Shown here: positions 41,401-49,142 of the stretch, piece after piece
Position numbering within the stretch: position 1 is the first letter of the stretch
How the letters are laid out: the number at the start of each line of letters is the position of its first letter
IMG/VR virus record: IMGVR_UViG_3300042429_001107
DNA: 64,000 bases
Reading direction: 5' to 3' (one strand)
Source: a virus
Notes under the pieces: model-generated
The model's input: the letters and a program-made list of their open reading frames with translations, nothing else
Told to the model about the DNA's origin: nothing
The model's database searches: none
Made by a program: the position numbers and the translations under genes

Positions 41401-43495
41401 ACCGCCTATACTTATTCCTTTGCCATTTAATTTAGGTATAATTGTTATATTCATTCCCCTAATAGGTGGATTTATGCCTACACCTCTAGTTTATATAAAG
41501 GAATTTATTTTTGGTAACTCTTTATTTCTTACCGGAATAAGAGGACCTAGATTTATACCAAGAAAATCTGATCCACAAATAAAAGATTCGTTAGAAAAAA
41601 TTAAACAAGCTCTTAGCTTTGGTATACCTGACAAGTTAATTCCTTTGCCTGGATTTGGATTAGATAATTTGGATTCAGCTACTAGGGTTTTAGGAGATAT
41701 ACAAGGAAATTTAACTAAGATTTTTGATAGTGTGCCTCCTCCCGGTAATATACAGGCTTTAAGAGATTTACAAGGAATGGAGAGGGGTTTAAAAGAAGCA
41801 ATTAGAGAAAAAAAGAGAGATTATGATAAAAAATATGCTCTTATAGATCTTCCTGCTCCTAATTTTGAAGAAGACAATGAAAAATTAAAAGGATTAATTA
41901 AGGAAAGAAAGAATGTACTTAAAAAAGTAATTAATGAATATATTGATAAAGGTATACCTAATCCTAAATCTATTTATTTTCCTAAGGACAAGGATAAATT
42001 AAAGATAGACATTCCAGGTATTATTAAGTCTTTAAGAATATTAAAAGAGATGCGAGCAAGTTTTATACCTACTCATTGCTCAGATTATATAAATTTTAAA
42101 GATGAAATGAGGGAGATCTTAAAGTTAATGAAGATAATTTGTCCCCCAAAATATTTCTTAGAAAATCAAGAAGTTTCCAATGTTAATAAGATATTTCTTA
42201 GAATAGAAAAAGACCCTAGATTAATGAACGAGGATGAGTTTTCTGAGCTAGTTAAAGAAATAAAAGGTGTCTCCTTAATTATTACTAATATAATATTAAG
42301 AGGTAATAAATTTTCAGTAATTAAAAAAATGAGAAAGGGTGCTTTCTCTATAATAGATGACTGTGGTTATCAGGGAAATTTTTTATTCCCTCCTATAAAA
42401 ATAACAAATTCTGCACCTAAGGCATTAAAGTTCATAAATGTAAAAAACCCAATAATAGAAGCTATTTACCTTAGACTAATGGAAGGAATGTCAAAGACTC
42501 AATATAAACCTGAGGACTTTGCAAAATATGTAAGGTACAATGGGGAAACTCCTTTATTAGTTATAAGGGTTAAGGATCTTAAAAAACTAGTAGCTAAAAA
42601 GCTAGGATTAAGTAAAAGAGGACCTTTTGATGTGGAAAGACCCTTAGATAAAGAAGAACCGCTAATTTCTAAATTCCCACACCCGGAAGGACCTTTATGT
42701 TGTTTGGAATCTTTAAATGGCGGATTTGGTAATGCTGTTGCTGCATTTGAACTTCCCACAGTATTCCCCCTTAAACAAGATCAGATTTCACAGACTCCTG
42801 GATTAGGGGGAATGATTCAGGTAACCATACCAGGTAAGGTGATTAAATCATTTATGAAAGAATCAATAATTAAATTAATGGATAATGGTCTATTGGAAAA
42901 AATGATACCCGAAATAAATGATCCTCTATCTCCTAAATTTATAAATATGGATCCTTCTGATATTCAGAAGATAACTAGGAATATGGTTAGAGATTTATTT
43001 AATCCAGATTCCCCTGATATACCTAAATTTTTAAATGTTATTAAAGCACCGCCATTTCCTTTGGCAAGACCTACTGACATGGTAGAACAAGCATTAATAG
43101 GTTTAGGTGCACCCCCTGCTGCTAGAATAGTTTTTAATAATTTTTGGAAGTATTATAAATCTTTACCTAAAACTCCTTTGGGTGATATAATAACGCTTCC
43201 TGCAATAGAGTTATCTGCTAGTATATTAAATAAAATTCCTTGGCCTTTAACAGTACTTATTGGAAGAAGTGTAGTGAATTTACTAAATCCAATAGTTATG
43301 TCTGACGATCATCCAGTATGGAGAAGAATGAGTCTTAAAAATGTTTATTATGTTATTTACTTGGATGAATTTTTAAGAAGCGCTGCTGATGTATCTGGGC
43401 TATTTAAGTTCTTTTTAGGATCAGCGGATCCAGTATACCCTATACCAGAATTTCCATCAGAGCTTAAAAAAGCATTAAACATAAAAAAATATTAA
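38414..43495 (+). CDS. Very large hypothetical protein (1693 aa), probably virion-associated
   Basis: Uninterrupted ORF 1 nt after the spike gene; Cys-rich and Pro-rich hydrophobic segments. Confidence 0.7.
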   Translation: MASIEKRIDKLLSKDFTTVSSDEIINIITDGKVSNLPYDDLQSEEGFNKELEKNQKEVENILASLEPQKPPISMKMIEKLACNYEGDDLYSVILLESLKKEKPKLYKELISSAEFKNNSAITEKDLGVTVTNTKSFKYQYKIPSSGIIKFLEAKNPDFLEIANEKIFDNMDPLLLGKPSNSGARKKREMNVLGFKIPLEFIMSGKKVVHVKIGSEKQTKKEALDKINSVLDKQYKNSKPCDFEGLGENIRSERSERLDDYDSNFFPDGDDPILDDDCLPGVPEDPITGDPIVTVDTFNNLTEDFCDPPEYDFSDANGDELDPVGNQVDVDAIDACIDSALKKSKKIEDDSKLLARWNLIERSLEEIFYHYEIIYEYQKALSENWRNRIPVNSGGDPSNLDLAISILTYNDSIKEIDKEITDQKQKNDTDKKNFIQENEIFTEDIFLLSGLDTELNTIELTNLFNYQIEANKSPIRYDSTTQSWPVSEGVSDFQKNVESIRVILIEKGFISNLINDRDQKVSLRDADLATLKNRLGVNVTYNDLESGFTSGSSTTDDTAERVFKSALVNGISVNTYDSYGYEFLEKLKEFSVRFKKVEFNNSLGELQFELSFMTDYGRPLPYEIVEKPAPISFKNKVTKPMSKVSEPDIKKIKIGNEYAGNGGLLANTSPSYLKSYKFIKINNIKTVEPDIANFYDFIETIIKKDDSKSAIIKKIVDDRGILYGQLIEKSASPWLFFTAGERGDNDSRDPAKTRPSSFTKDGDPNKTFTDFWGKFKDKWDSKYKENKTRYIDPAMVELKNEARKAGEGLGKTLPTSDAIGVRIFENYFDVKQKYEQIQDIILYVAQKRAEIEGSLSPENLSKSFSDVKCSGGDGQGNGDDPENCPPKCCGPAGTDFNSENYLTSAGPSSDCPTMYQKCWWKQFCKDLTKVGLLPYPNGLPPIEDPKYFLAAGPSVRLGLKYWPVGYLPPAFIPIPFANPIDGLPYIRIPLPMIWTTIPPILIPLPFNLGIIVIFIPLIGGFMPTPLVYIKEFIFGNSLFLTGIRGPRFIPRKSDPQIKDSLEKIKQALSFGIPDKLIPLPGFGLDNLDSATRVLGDIQGNLTKIFDSVPPPGNIQALRDLQGMERGLKEAIREKKRDYDKKYALIDLPAPNFEEDNEKLKGLIKERKNVLKKVINEYIDKGIPNPKSIYFPKDKDKLKIDIPGIIKSLRILKEMRASFIPTHCSDYINFKDEMREILKLMKIICPPKYFLENQEVSNVNKIFLRIEKDPRLMNEDEFSELVKEIKGVSLIITNIILRGNKFSVIKKMRKGAFSIIDDCGYQGNFLFPPIKITNSAPKALKFINVKNPIIEAIYLRLMEGMSKTQYKPEDFAKYVRYNGETPLLVIRVKDLKKLVAKKLGLSKRGPFDVERPLDKEEPLISKFPHPEGPLCCLESLNGGFGNAVAAFELPTVFPLKQDQISQTPGLGGMIQVTIPGKVIKSFMKESIIKLMDNGLLEKMIPEINDPLSPKFINMDPSDIQKITRNMVRDLFNPDSPDIPKFLNVIKAPPFPLARPTDMVEQALIGLGAPPAARIVFNNFWKYYKSLPKTPLGDIITLPAIELSASILNKIPWPLTVLIGRSVVNLLNPIVMSDDHPVWRRMSLKNVYYVIYLDEFLRSAADVSGLFKFFLGSADPVYPIPEFPSELKKALNIKKY

Positions 43496-43502
43496 AAACT
43501 TG

Positions 43503-43531
43503 GAAATTTTATCTACTCTTAATACTAAAAT
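43503..43531 (+). promoter_or_regulatory. Putative bipartite promoter GAAA-N19-TAAAAT upstream of the S1 gene
   Basis: Same spacing as four other sites. Confidence 0.6.
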
Positions 43532-43551
43532 AAATACAAACTCTAAATAAA

Positions 43552-44661
43552 ATGAAAAATAAAAATTTTAGCTGCTTTGAATATGAAGCAAATGAAAGAG
43601 AAAGATTGAAAAATCTTTATTCTGAAACTTTCCCTGAGACAGACACAAAGATGTCAGGTAAAGATTTACAAGAAAATACTTCTGAAAGAATTGTAGTTAC
43701 TGGATATGATAGCGAAAAAGGAGTAGCATTAGGCGAAACTGCATTCGGACAAACAATTATAATCGATACAAAGAAGGAAGAAAAGCATATGAGAAAGCTT
43801 GGGTATCCTGCTATAGAAATTATACCAGGACAGGTTCTTGATGTTGTTATTCACAAAGATGCCTCGGGATCATTCAACGGATCTGTTTCAGCAGGATATG
43901 AGAAAGCTTTAAAAATAGAATTGCATAGATCTATTAGAGAAGAAGACTGCGCATTTAAAGTGAAGGTTAAAAATGTTTGTAATGGAGGATTTATAGTTGA
44001 TCTTTCAGGTATTGAATGCTTCTTACCTGGTAGTTTAGCTGCTGCTAATAGAATCATGAACTTTGCTGATTATGTTGGAAAAGATCTCACTGTTATGATA
44101 GAGATATACGATCAAAAGAGAGATATTTTTGTTGTATCGTTTAAAAAATATCTTAAAAAGATTATTAATTCTGAAGTGAAAAATCTTTCATTCTCTAAAA
44201 AATATGAAGGTAAAGTTACAGGAGCTTCTGGAAATAATATTTTTGTTGAATGGGAAGAAATCTATACAGGTATTATTTCAATTGACGAAAACAACAGAAC
44301 AAAATTAGAAGCTTTACAAACAGGGGATTTAGTTGAATTTTATGTTGTAGATATTAAAAATCCCCAAAGAATAGGTCTTTCTATTTTAGAACCTAATGAT
44401 AAGTTAAAGAATATTCAAAATTTAAAAGATACCTCATCTCAAGTTTTAGGCGAAAATACTGAATTAAAAACTTACAAAGCAGAGATTACTAAATTAAAGA
44501 CATTTGGTGTGTTCGTTAAAATCGAGAATGGTCTATCCGGACTTATCGAAAAAGAAAAATTGGTAAAAGATATTAAAGACTACGAAGTTGGCCAATCTGT
44601 TAATTGTTCAATATCGAGTGTAGATACAGCTACTCTTAAAATACAATTGACCGAGGTTTAA
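43552..44661 (+). CDS. rpsA: Ribosomal protein S1 homologue (about four S1 domains)
   Basis: GGFIVDLSGIECFLPGSL, FVVSFK, YEGKVTG...IFVE, ITKLKTFGVFVKIENGLSGLI. Confidence 0.8.
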   Translation: MKNKNFSCFEYEANERERLKNLYSETFPETDTKMSGKDLQENTSERIVVTGYDSEKGVALGETAFGQTIIIDTKKEEKHMRKLGYPAIEIIPGQVLDVVIHKDASGSFNGSVSAGYEKALKIELHRSIREEDCAFKVKVKNVCNGGFIVDLSGIECFLPGSLAAANRIMNFADYVGKDLTVMIEIYDQKRDIFVVSFKKYLKKIINSEVKNLSFSKKYEGKVTGASGNNIFVEWEEIYTGIISIDENNRTKLEALQTGDLVEFYVVDIKNPQRIGLSILEPNDKLKNIQNLKDTSSQVLGENTELKTYKAEITKLKTFGVFVKIENGLSGLIEKEKLVKDIKDYEVGQSVNCSISSVDTATLKIQLTEV

Positions 44662-44689
44662 TATTAATATTTAATAATATTTTTGAATT

Positions 44690-44722
44690 AGAGTTTTACT
44701 TATAAGTAAAACTCTTTTTTTT
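44690..44722 (+). terminator. Intrinsic terminator after S1
   Basis: Perfect 26-bp palindrome AGAGTTTTACTTATAAGTAAAACTCT followed by a T run. Confidence 0.88.
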
Positions 44723-44831
44723 GTGATTATCTAGAGGTAATTTATTATCGTTTTTAATTGATAATACAAATAAGAAATAAAGATATAAAAAGCTAAAAGG
44801 GTTTATCTTTTCTTTTACGAATATATAGTAT

Positions 44832-46259
44832 ATGGATATTAGCACAAGAGATTTTTTATACTCTGCCCAATGTGGTTTTGAATTTGAGTTTTTTAGTAAC
44901 TTAAATAGAAACGAGATAGCAGATTCGCTAGGGAAAACTTTAGGTAAAAAAATTCTTCTATTTAGTAAGTATCATTCAGGTTTTAAACCCACTAAGGATA
45001 TTTTTAAATTAGAACCAGATTACTCAGGAGGATCTAAGATGACCGAATTAATAACTGGGCCTTTACCTTATTTTGAAGCGATAGTGATTCTTATAAAGAC
45101 TCTTAAGTGGATTGATATGTATGGATATACAGATAAGAAATGTGCATTCCAATTTGGAATAAGCATCGATACATCTATATTCCCTGAGGTTCCTCCGGTA
45201 TCTCAAATAAACCCTCTTAAATTTATTTTAGGATTCGATGAGAATATTATCTATAAAAGATTCCCAGAAAGAGCTGGATCTTTGTATGCTAAATCTATAA
45301 AAAGAATATTACCTGCTAATAAATTTGTAGATCCTTCAAATATTTCATTTATAGATAAGAATCTTTTCGAAATACCAGTAGAAAAAAATATGGGTATAAA
45401 TTTTACTAAATTATCGGATGGATATTTTGAAGTGAGATATTTAGGAGGTAAAGATTACCAGAGGAAGTACTCAAGTATAAAAGAAATATTAGATTATATA
45501 ATAACATATACTATACAGACTCTTAAGTTTAATAATAGCTTCACAGATAATGATTTAAAAGTTCTTAAAATGTTCTTAGCAGAGATCTATAAGAGTTCTT
45601 CGACATTTATAGATCCTGAATCTTTTCAAAAGAATTACCCACATTTAAATATAATGGTAGATCTTAGATCGGATCCACAAATAGTTAGAACATTTTTCCT
45701 GACTATTAGAGAAATTCTTTATGATATTATTGTAGATAATGGTATTAAAGAAGGTGTTATTAATTATGATAGTTCATTAGGTAAATTTCAATTGAAGGAC
45801 GTAAAAACTACAAGAGCTTATTTACTTAAAGATTATGATATTCTTAATAGTGAAATTTCAGGAAATATATTGAATTGTAGGTTGTTTTCGTGTGATCTTA
45901 ACGACTGTGCTGTTGAAGATTGTGATCTAGTTACTAATAATGAAGTTAAGCGATCTAAGATCATGTATTCGGATATTATGTTTAGTAATGTAGTACACGA
46001 AACTTATATTGATAACAAAGAGAAGGAAATAAACTGTGAAGTATTTGGTGGAATAATTAGATCCGGGTATATTGGAAAACTTGCTACAATTTCACCAGAG
46101 ACTGAAATAGTTAAAGATGCTGAAGACGATAAAAAAATGAAGGGAAGTTCTAAAAAGAAAGGATTTCCTGATAGAAATGACGGGGAAGCATTATCTAAAC
46201 CTGTTAGATTTAGTAACAATAATAGTAAGCCCTCAGGAATTCCTGGGACTAGCTTCTAA
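44832..46259 (+). CDS. Amidoligase (COOH-NH2 ligase)-like protein with C-terminal beta-helix-like repeats
   Basis: GFEFEF, EPDYSGG..MTELITGPL, INF, FEVRYLGG; AATATATA 4 nt upstream. Confidence 0.65.
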   Translation: MDISTRDFLYSAQCGFEFEFFSNLNRNEIADSLGKTLGKKILLFSKYHSGFKPTKDIFKLEPDYSGGSKMTELITGPLPYFEAIVILIKTLKWIDMYGYTDKKCAFQFGISIDTSIFPEVPPVSQINPLKFILGFDENIIYKRFPERAGSLYAKSIKRILPANKFVDPSNISFIDKNLFEIPVEKNMGINFTKLSDGYFEVRYLGGKDYQRKYSSIKEILDYIITYTIQTLKFNNSFTDNDLKVLKMFLAEIYKSSSTFIDPESFQKNYPHLNIMVDLRSDPQIVRTFFLTIREILYDIIVDNGIKEGVINYDSSLGKFQLKDVKTTRAYLLKDYDILNSEISGNILNCRLFSCDLNDCAVEDCDLVTNNEVKRSKIMYSDIMFSNVVHETYIDNKEKEINCEVFGGIIRSGYIGKLATISPETEIVKDAEDDKKMKGSSKKKGFPDRNDGEALSKPVRFSNNNSKPSGIPGTSF

Positions 46260-46276
46260 TTAAATAACCAATTAAA

Positions 46277-47056
46277 ATGACTGAAGCAGACTTAATTCAG
46301 GAAATTAGAGATGATATATCTCATTCTTGTGCATTGCCCTATAACTTAAATGACCAAGAAATAAAAAGAATTATAAAAAGAGCTAGGGCTTATTTTTATG
46401 ATAATTACCAGTATGCAGTAGAAGATAGAATATTTGTACTAGGTAAAGATCTATTTTCTAATCCCTCTTTTAGAGCTACCAGACAAATACAATTGCCATC
46501 TTGTGTGGTATCTGTATATGATGTTAGAGAAGTTAATGGCTCGGGTCTTACCGGTACACCGGATAAAGATTTTGGAGATTCTAAATTATTAGGGTCTGAG
46601 CTTATGTTATCGCCATTTGCAGGAGATAACTTGGTTTATCGTACTGTTCTCTATTCATTCTTTGATTTAGCTAAAGCCTATTTACTAGAGAGTTATGCTT
46701 ATAATTACAATAAGAACACCAAGAAATTAACAATACTTGGTAGAGATCCTAATAGGACTAGTGTAACTGATTCTGGAAGTTCTTCCACATTATTTTCTGG
46801 TACTGATGTGGGTGTTAAAGCTTGTATAGCTATACCAGAAGAGAGTCTTTATGATGATGAATTATTCGTAAGATTCTGTCTTGCTGAAGCTAAAATTAAC
46901 ATTGGTAGGTTATTAGGTACATTCGAATATAACCTCCCAGGTGGTGTTAGAGTTAACTACAGTAATATTCAAACAGCAGGAACAACAGAAAAAGCTGAGA
47001 TTATTCAGATGATCAAAGACGAAAACACACCTAGTTATTTTTTGCAGTGGAATTGA
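46277..47056 (+). CDS. Neck/head-completion protein, T4 gp13-like
   Basis: QI...I..A..YF near the N-terminus; C-terminal AEAKINIG...NLPGGVRVN. Confidence 0.8.
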   Translation: MTEADLIQEIRDDISHSCALPYNLNDQEIKRIIKRARAYFYDNYQYAVEDRIFVLGKDLFSNPSFRATRQIQLPSCVVSVYDVREVNGSGLTGTPDKDFGDSKLLGSELMLSPFAGDNLVYRTVLYSFFDLAKAYLLESYAYNYNKNTKKLTILGRDPNRTSVTDSGSSSTLFSGTDVGVKACIAIPEESLYDDELFVRFCLAEAKINIGRLLGTFEYNLPGGVRVNYSNIQTAGTTEKAEIIQMIKDENTPSYFLQWN

Positions 47057-47058
47057 AA

Positions 47059-47110
47059 AATATACATTATATTTGGATATATAATACTAAAAATATCCAA
47101 TGTGTATATT
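47059..47110 (+). promoter_or_regulatory. Hairpin covering the start codon, with an embedded GATATATA motif
   Basis: TTGGATAT(47073-80)/ATATCCAA(47093-100) and AATATACA(47059-66)/TGTATATT(47103-10); ATG at 47100. Confidence 0.7.
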
Positions 47111-48305
47111 ACAAAAAATTGAAGAGTGGAGATCTAAAAGCGGTAAGGCATTTGGAACTATAATGAGAGATATTCCAAAGAATCCCGATGATGTCGAACA
47201 ATTAAAATCACTAACTTCTTTTCTGAACCGAATTTATAATCCTGAAAAAATTTCTATTCAGCAGAGATTTTATCATGTGTGGTTTGGATTTTATGGAATA
47301 GAAGTTTGTCCTTGTTGTGAATCCCCTAAAATGTTTACAAAAAAACCCAAATTCTCTATAGATAGGTATGGTATAAAACCTACGAATTCAGTGAATTATT
47401 ATGGTACGTGTATGTCTGATTTCTGTAATAAAAAATACAATTTAGAAAAAACGCGTTCTAAAATGATGGAAAATCACGGAACTATAAATCCTATGGAGGT
47501 ACCAGGTGCTTTAAATAAGATTAAGAAAAATAACAGGGAAAAATACGGAGTGGATTTTTATACAGAAACTGAAGAGTTTAAAGAAAAAGTAAAAGCTACA
47601 TTTTTAAAAAAATATGGTGTTCACCCTACTAAATTAAAGGAAACACAAGATAAGAAGAGAAAAACAAATAGAGAAAAATATGGATTTGAGCACGCATTGG
47701 ATAATTCAGAAGTAAAGGAAAAATCTAGGATAACCAATAATTTAAAATACGGCGGAAATTCCAGTATGTGTTCAGATGATACCAGAAATAAATCTAAGGA
47801 GACTAATAGAAAAAATCATGGAGTAGATTGGTATGTCCAAAGTGGTGATTTTAAGCAGAAATTCAAACAAACTATGATTGCTAATTATGGTGTTGAACAA
47901 GTTATGCACTACACTCCGTCATTTGAAAAATCTTTAAACACCTCATATAAGAAAAAGATTTTTGTTTTTCCTTCAGGAAGAATCGAAAAAATACAGGGAT
48001 ATGAAGGTTTTGCTTTGAATGATTTATTAGATAATGATTACACTGAGGATGATATTATAGTTTCAAATAAGAAAATAGAGGAATATACTAGTAAAATATG
48101 GTATTTAGATTCTGAAAGGAAGAAAAGAAAATATTATCCAGATATTTATTTAATTACAGAGAACAAAATAATAGAGGTTAAGTCTGAATACACTTATAAA
48201 TCAGCATATTCGATAAATATTAGAAAAAAACAAGCATGTCTTGATCTTGGAATTTCTTTTGAGTTTTGGATATATGACAAGAATGGGAAAAGAACAATAA
48301 AATAG
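47100..48305 (+). CDS. Free-standing putative homing endonuclease: Zn-finger, (E/K)KYG repeats, PD-(D/E)xK nuclease
   Basis: CPCC...C...C; about seven T/N..KYG-type repeats; YYPDIYL...IIEVKS. Confidence 0.75.
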   Translation: MCILQKIEEWRSKSGKAFGTIMRDIPKNPDDVEQLKSLTSFLNRIYNPEKISIQQRFYHVWFGFYGIEVCPCCESPKMFTKKPKFSIDRYGIKPTNSVNYYGTCMSDFCNKKYNLEKTRSKMMENHGTINPMEVPGALNKIKKNNREKYGVDFYTETEEFKEKVKATFLKKYGVHPTKLKETQDKKRKTNREKYGFEHALDNSEVKEKSRITNNLKYGGNSSMCSDDTRNKSKETNRKNHGVDWYVQSGDFKQKFKQTMIANYGVEQVMHYTPSFEKSLNTSYKKKIFVFPSGRIEKIQGYEGFALNDLLDNDYTEDDIIVSNKKIEEYTSKIWYLDSERKKRKYYPDIYLITENKIIEVKSEYTYKSAYSINIRKKQACLDLGISFEFWIYDKNGKRTIK

Positions 48306-48308
48306 TAT

Positions 48309-48662
48309 ATGAAAAATTTAATAGAATATAATAGCTTCTTATTAGAATCTAAATCGATTAATGATTCTAGATCCTTTGAGGATAGAGTTAAGTTTCTTAG
48401 GGGTGTATCTGACAATAATAAAAAAATTGCAATAGATTTACAAAAAGAATATTCCAGAGCAAATAAGGGTGTAATAACAGAATTAAATTTACATCCGGAT
48501 TTAATTAAGAAGATTAAGGAAAAAAAATACCCAGATGGATTCAGCATGGGTATTGATAAAAATGGATTCTTTGTACATACTCATAGGGCTAGATCTAAAT
48601 CACACGAAACTCCTTCTGGTATAACAGCAAAAGAAATGAAATTCATAGATTCTACTGGCTAA
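48309..48662 (+). CDS. Hypothetical protein with capsid-targeting-like N-terminus (MKNLIEYNSFLLE)
   Basis: 117-aa ORF 3 nt after the upstream stop. Confidence 0.7.
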   Translation: MKNLIEYNSFLLESKSINDSRSFEDRVKFLRGVSDNNKKIAIDLQKEYSRANKGVITELNLHPDLIKKIKEKKYPDGFSMGIDKNGFFVHTHRARSKSHETPSGITAKEMKFIDSTG

Positions 48663-48769
48663 TTATTTAAAACTAATAGCGGATTTATTTTAATTTACCT
48701 ATCTATAATTATATAAGAAATTGTCATAAAAATATTGCAGATATATTTCTTTGAATATATAGAACTAAG

Positions 48770-49141
48770 ATGGCAAGATTCTCAGAAATTTATCCTAGAA
48801 CACCGGATGATCCTAGATACAAAGAAGGATTATTACATACTGACGATGAAGTAGAAATACTAATCGGTATGATTAAGCAGTGTATGTTAACTACACCAGG
48901 TGAAGTTCTTGGAGATCCTTATTTTGGTATAGATCTAGAAGGCTTATTATTCAATTTTAATGTGGATCAAGTCACTTTAGAAAGAGCAATAAGACTACAT
49001 TTAATAACATACGTTCCTTTAGCATCAAGTAAATTTAATGTGAATTTTACTGTGGGATTCTTTAAAGGAGAAACTAGAGATTCATGTGTTATTGATTTTG
49101 CTATAAAAGGTAACCCTATATTGGGAATTAAAATAATATAA
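48770..49141 (+). CDS. Baseplate wedge protein, gp25-like
   Basis: LTTPGEVLGDPYFGIDLEGLLF; AATATATA 8 nt upstream. Confidence 0.9.
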   Translation: MARFSEIYPRTPDDPRYKEGLLHTDDEVEILIGMIKQCMLTTPGEVLGDPYFGIDLEGLLFNFNVDQVTLERAIRLHLITYVPLASSKFNVNFTVGFFKGETRDSCVIDFAIKGNPILGIKII

Positions 49142-49142
49142 T

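Noticed and set aside
44723-44819. Possible tRNA or ncRNA in the longer intergenic gaps (also 48663-48753 and 5953-6058)
   Set aside because: Very AT-rich, with no cloverleaf, T-loop motif or convincing stems visible.
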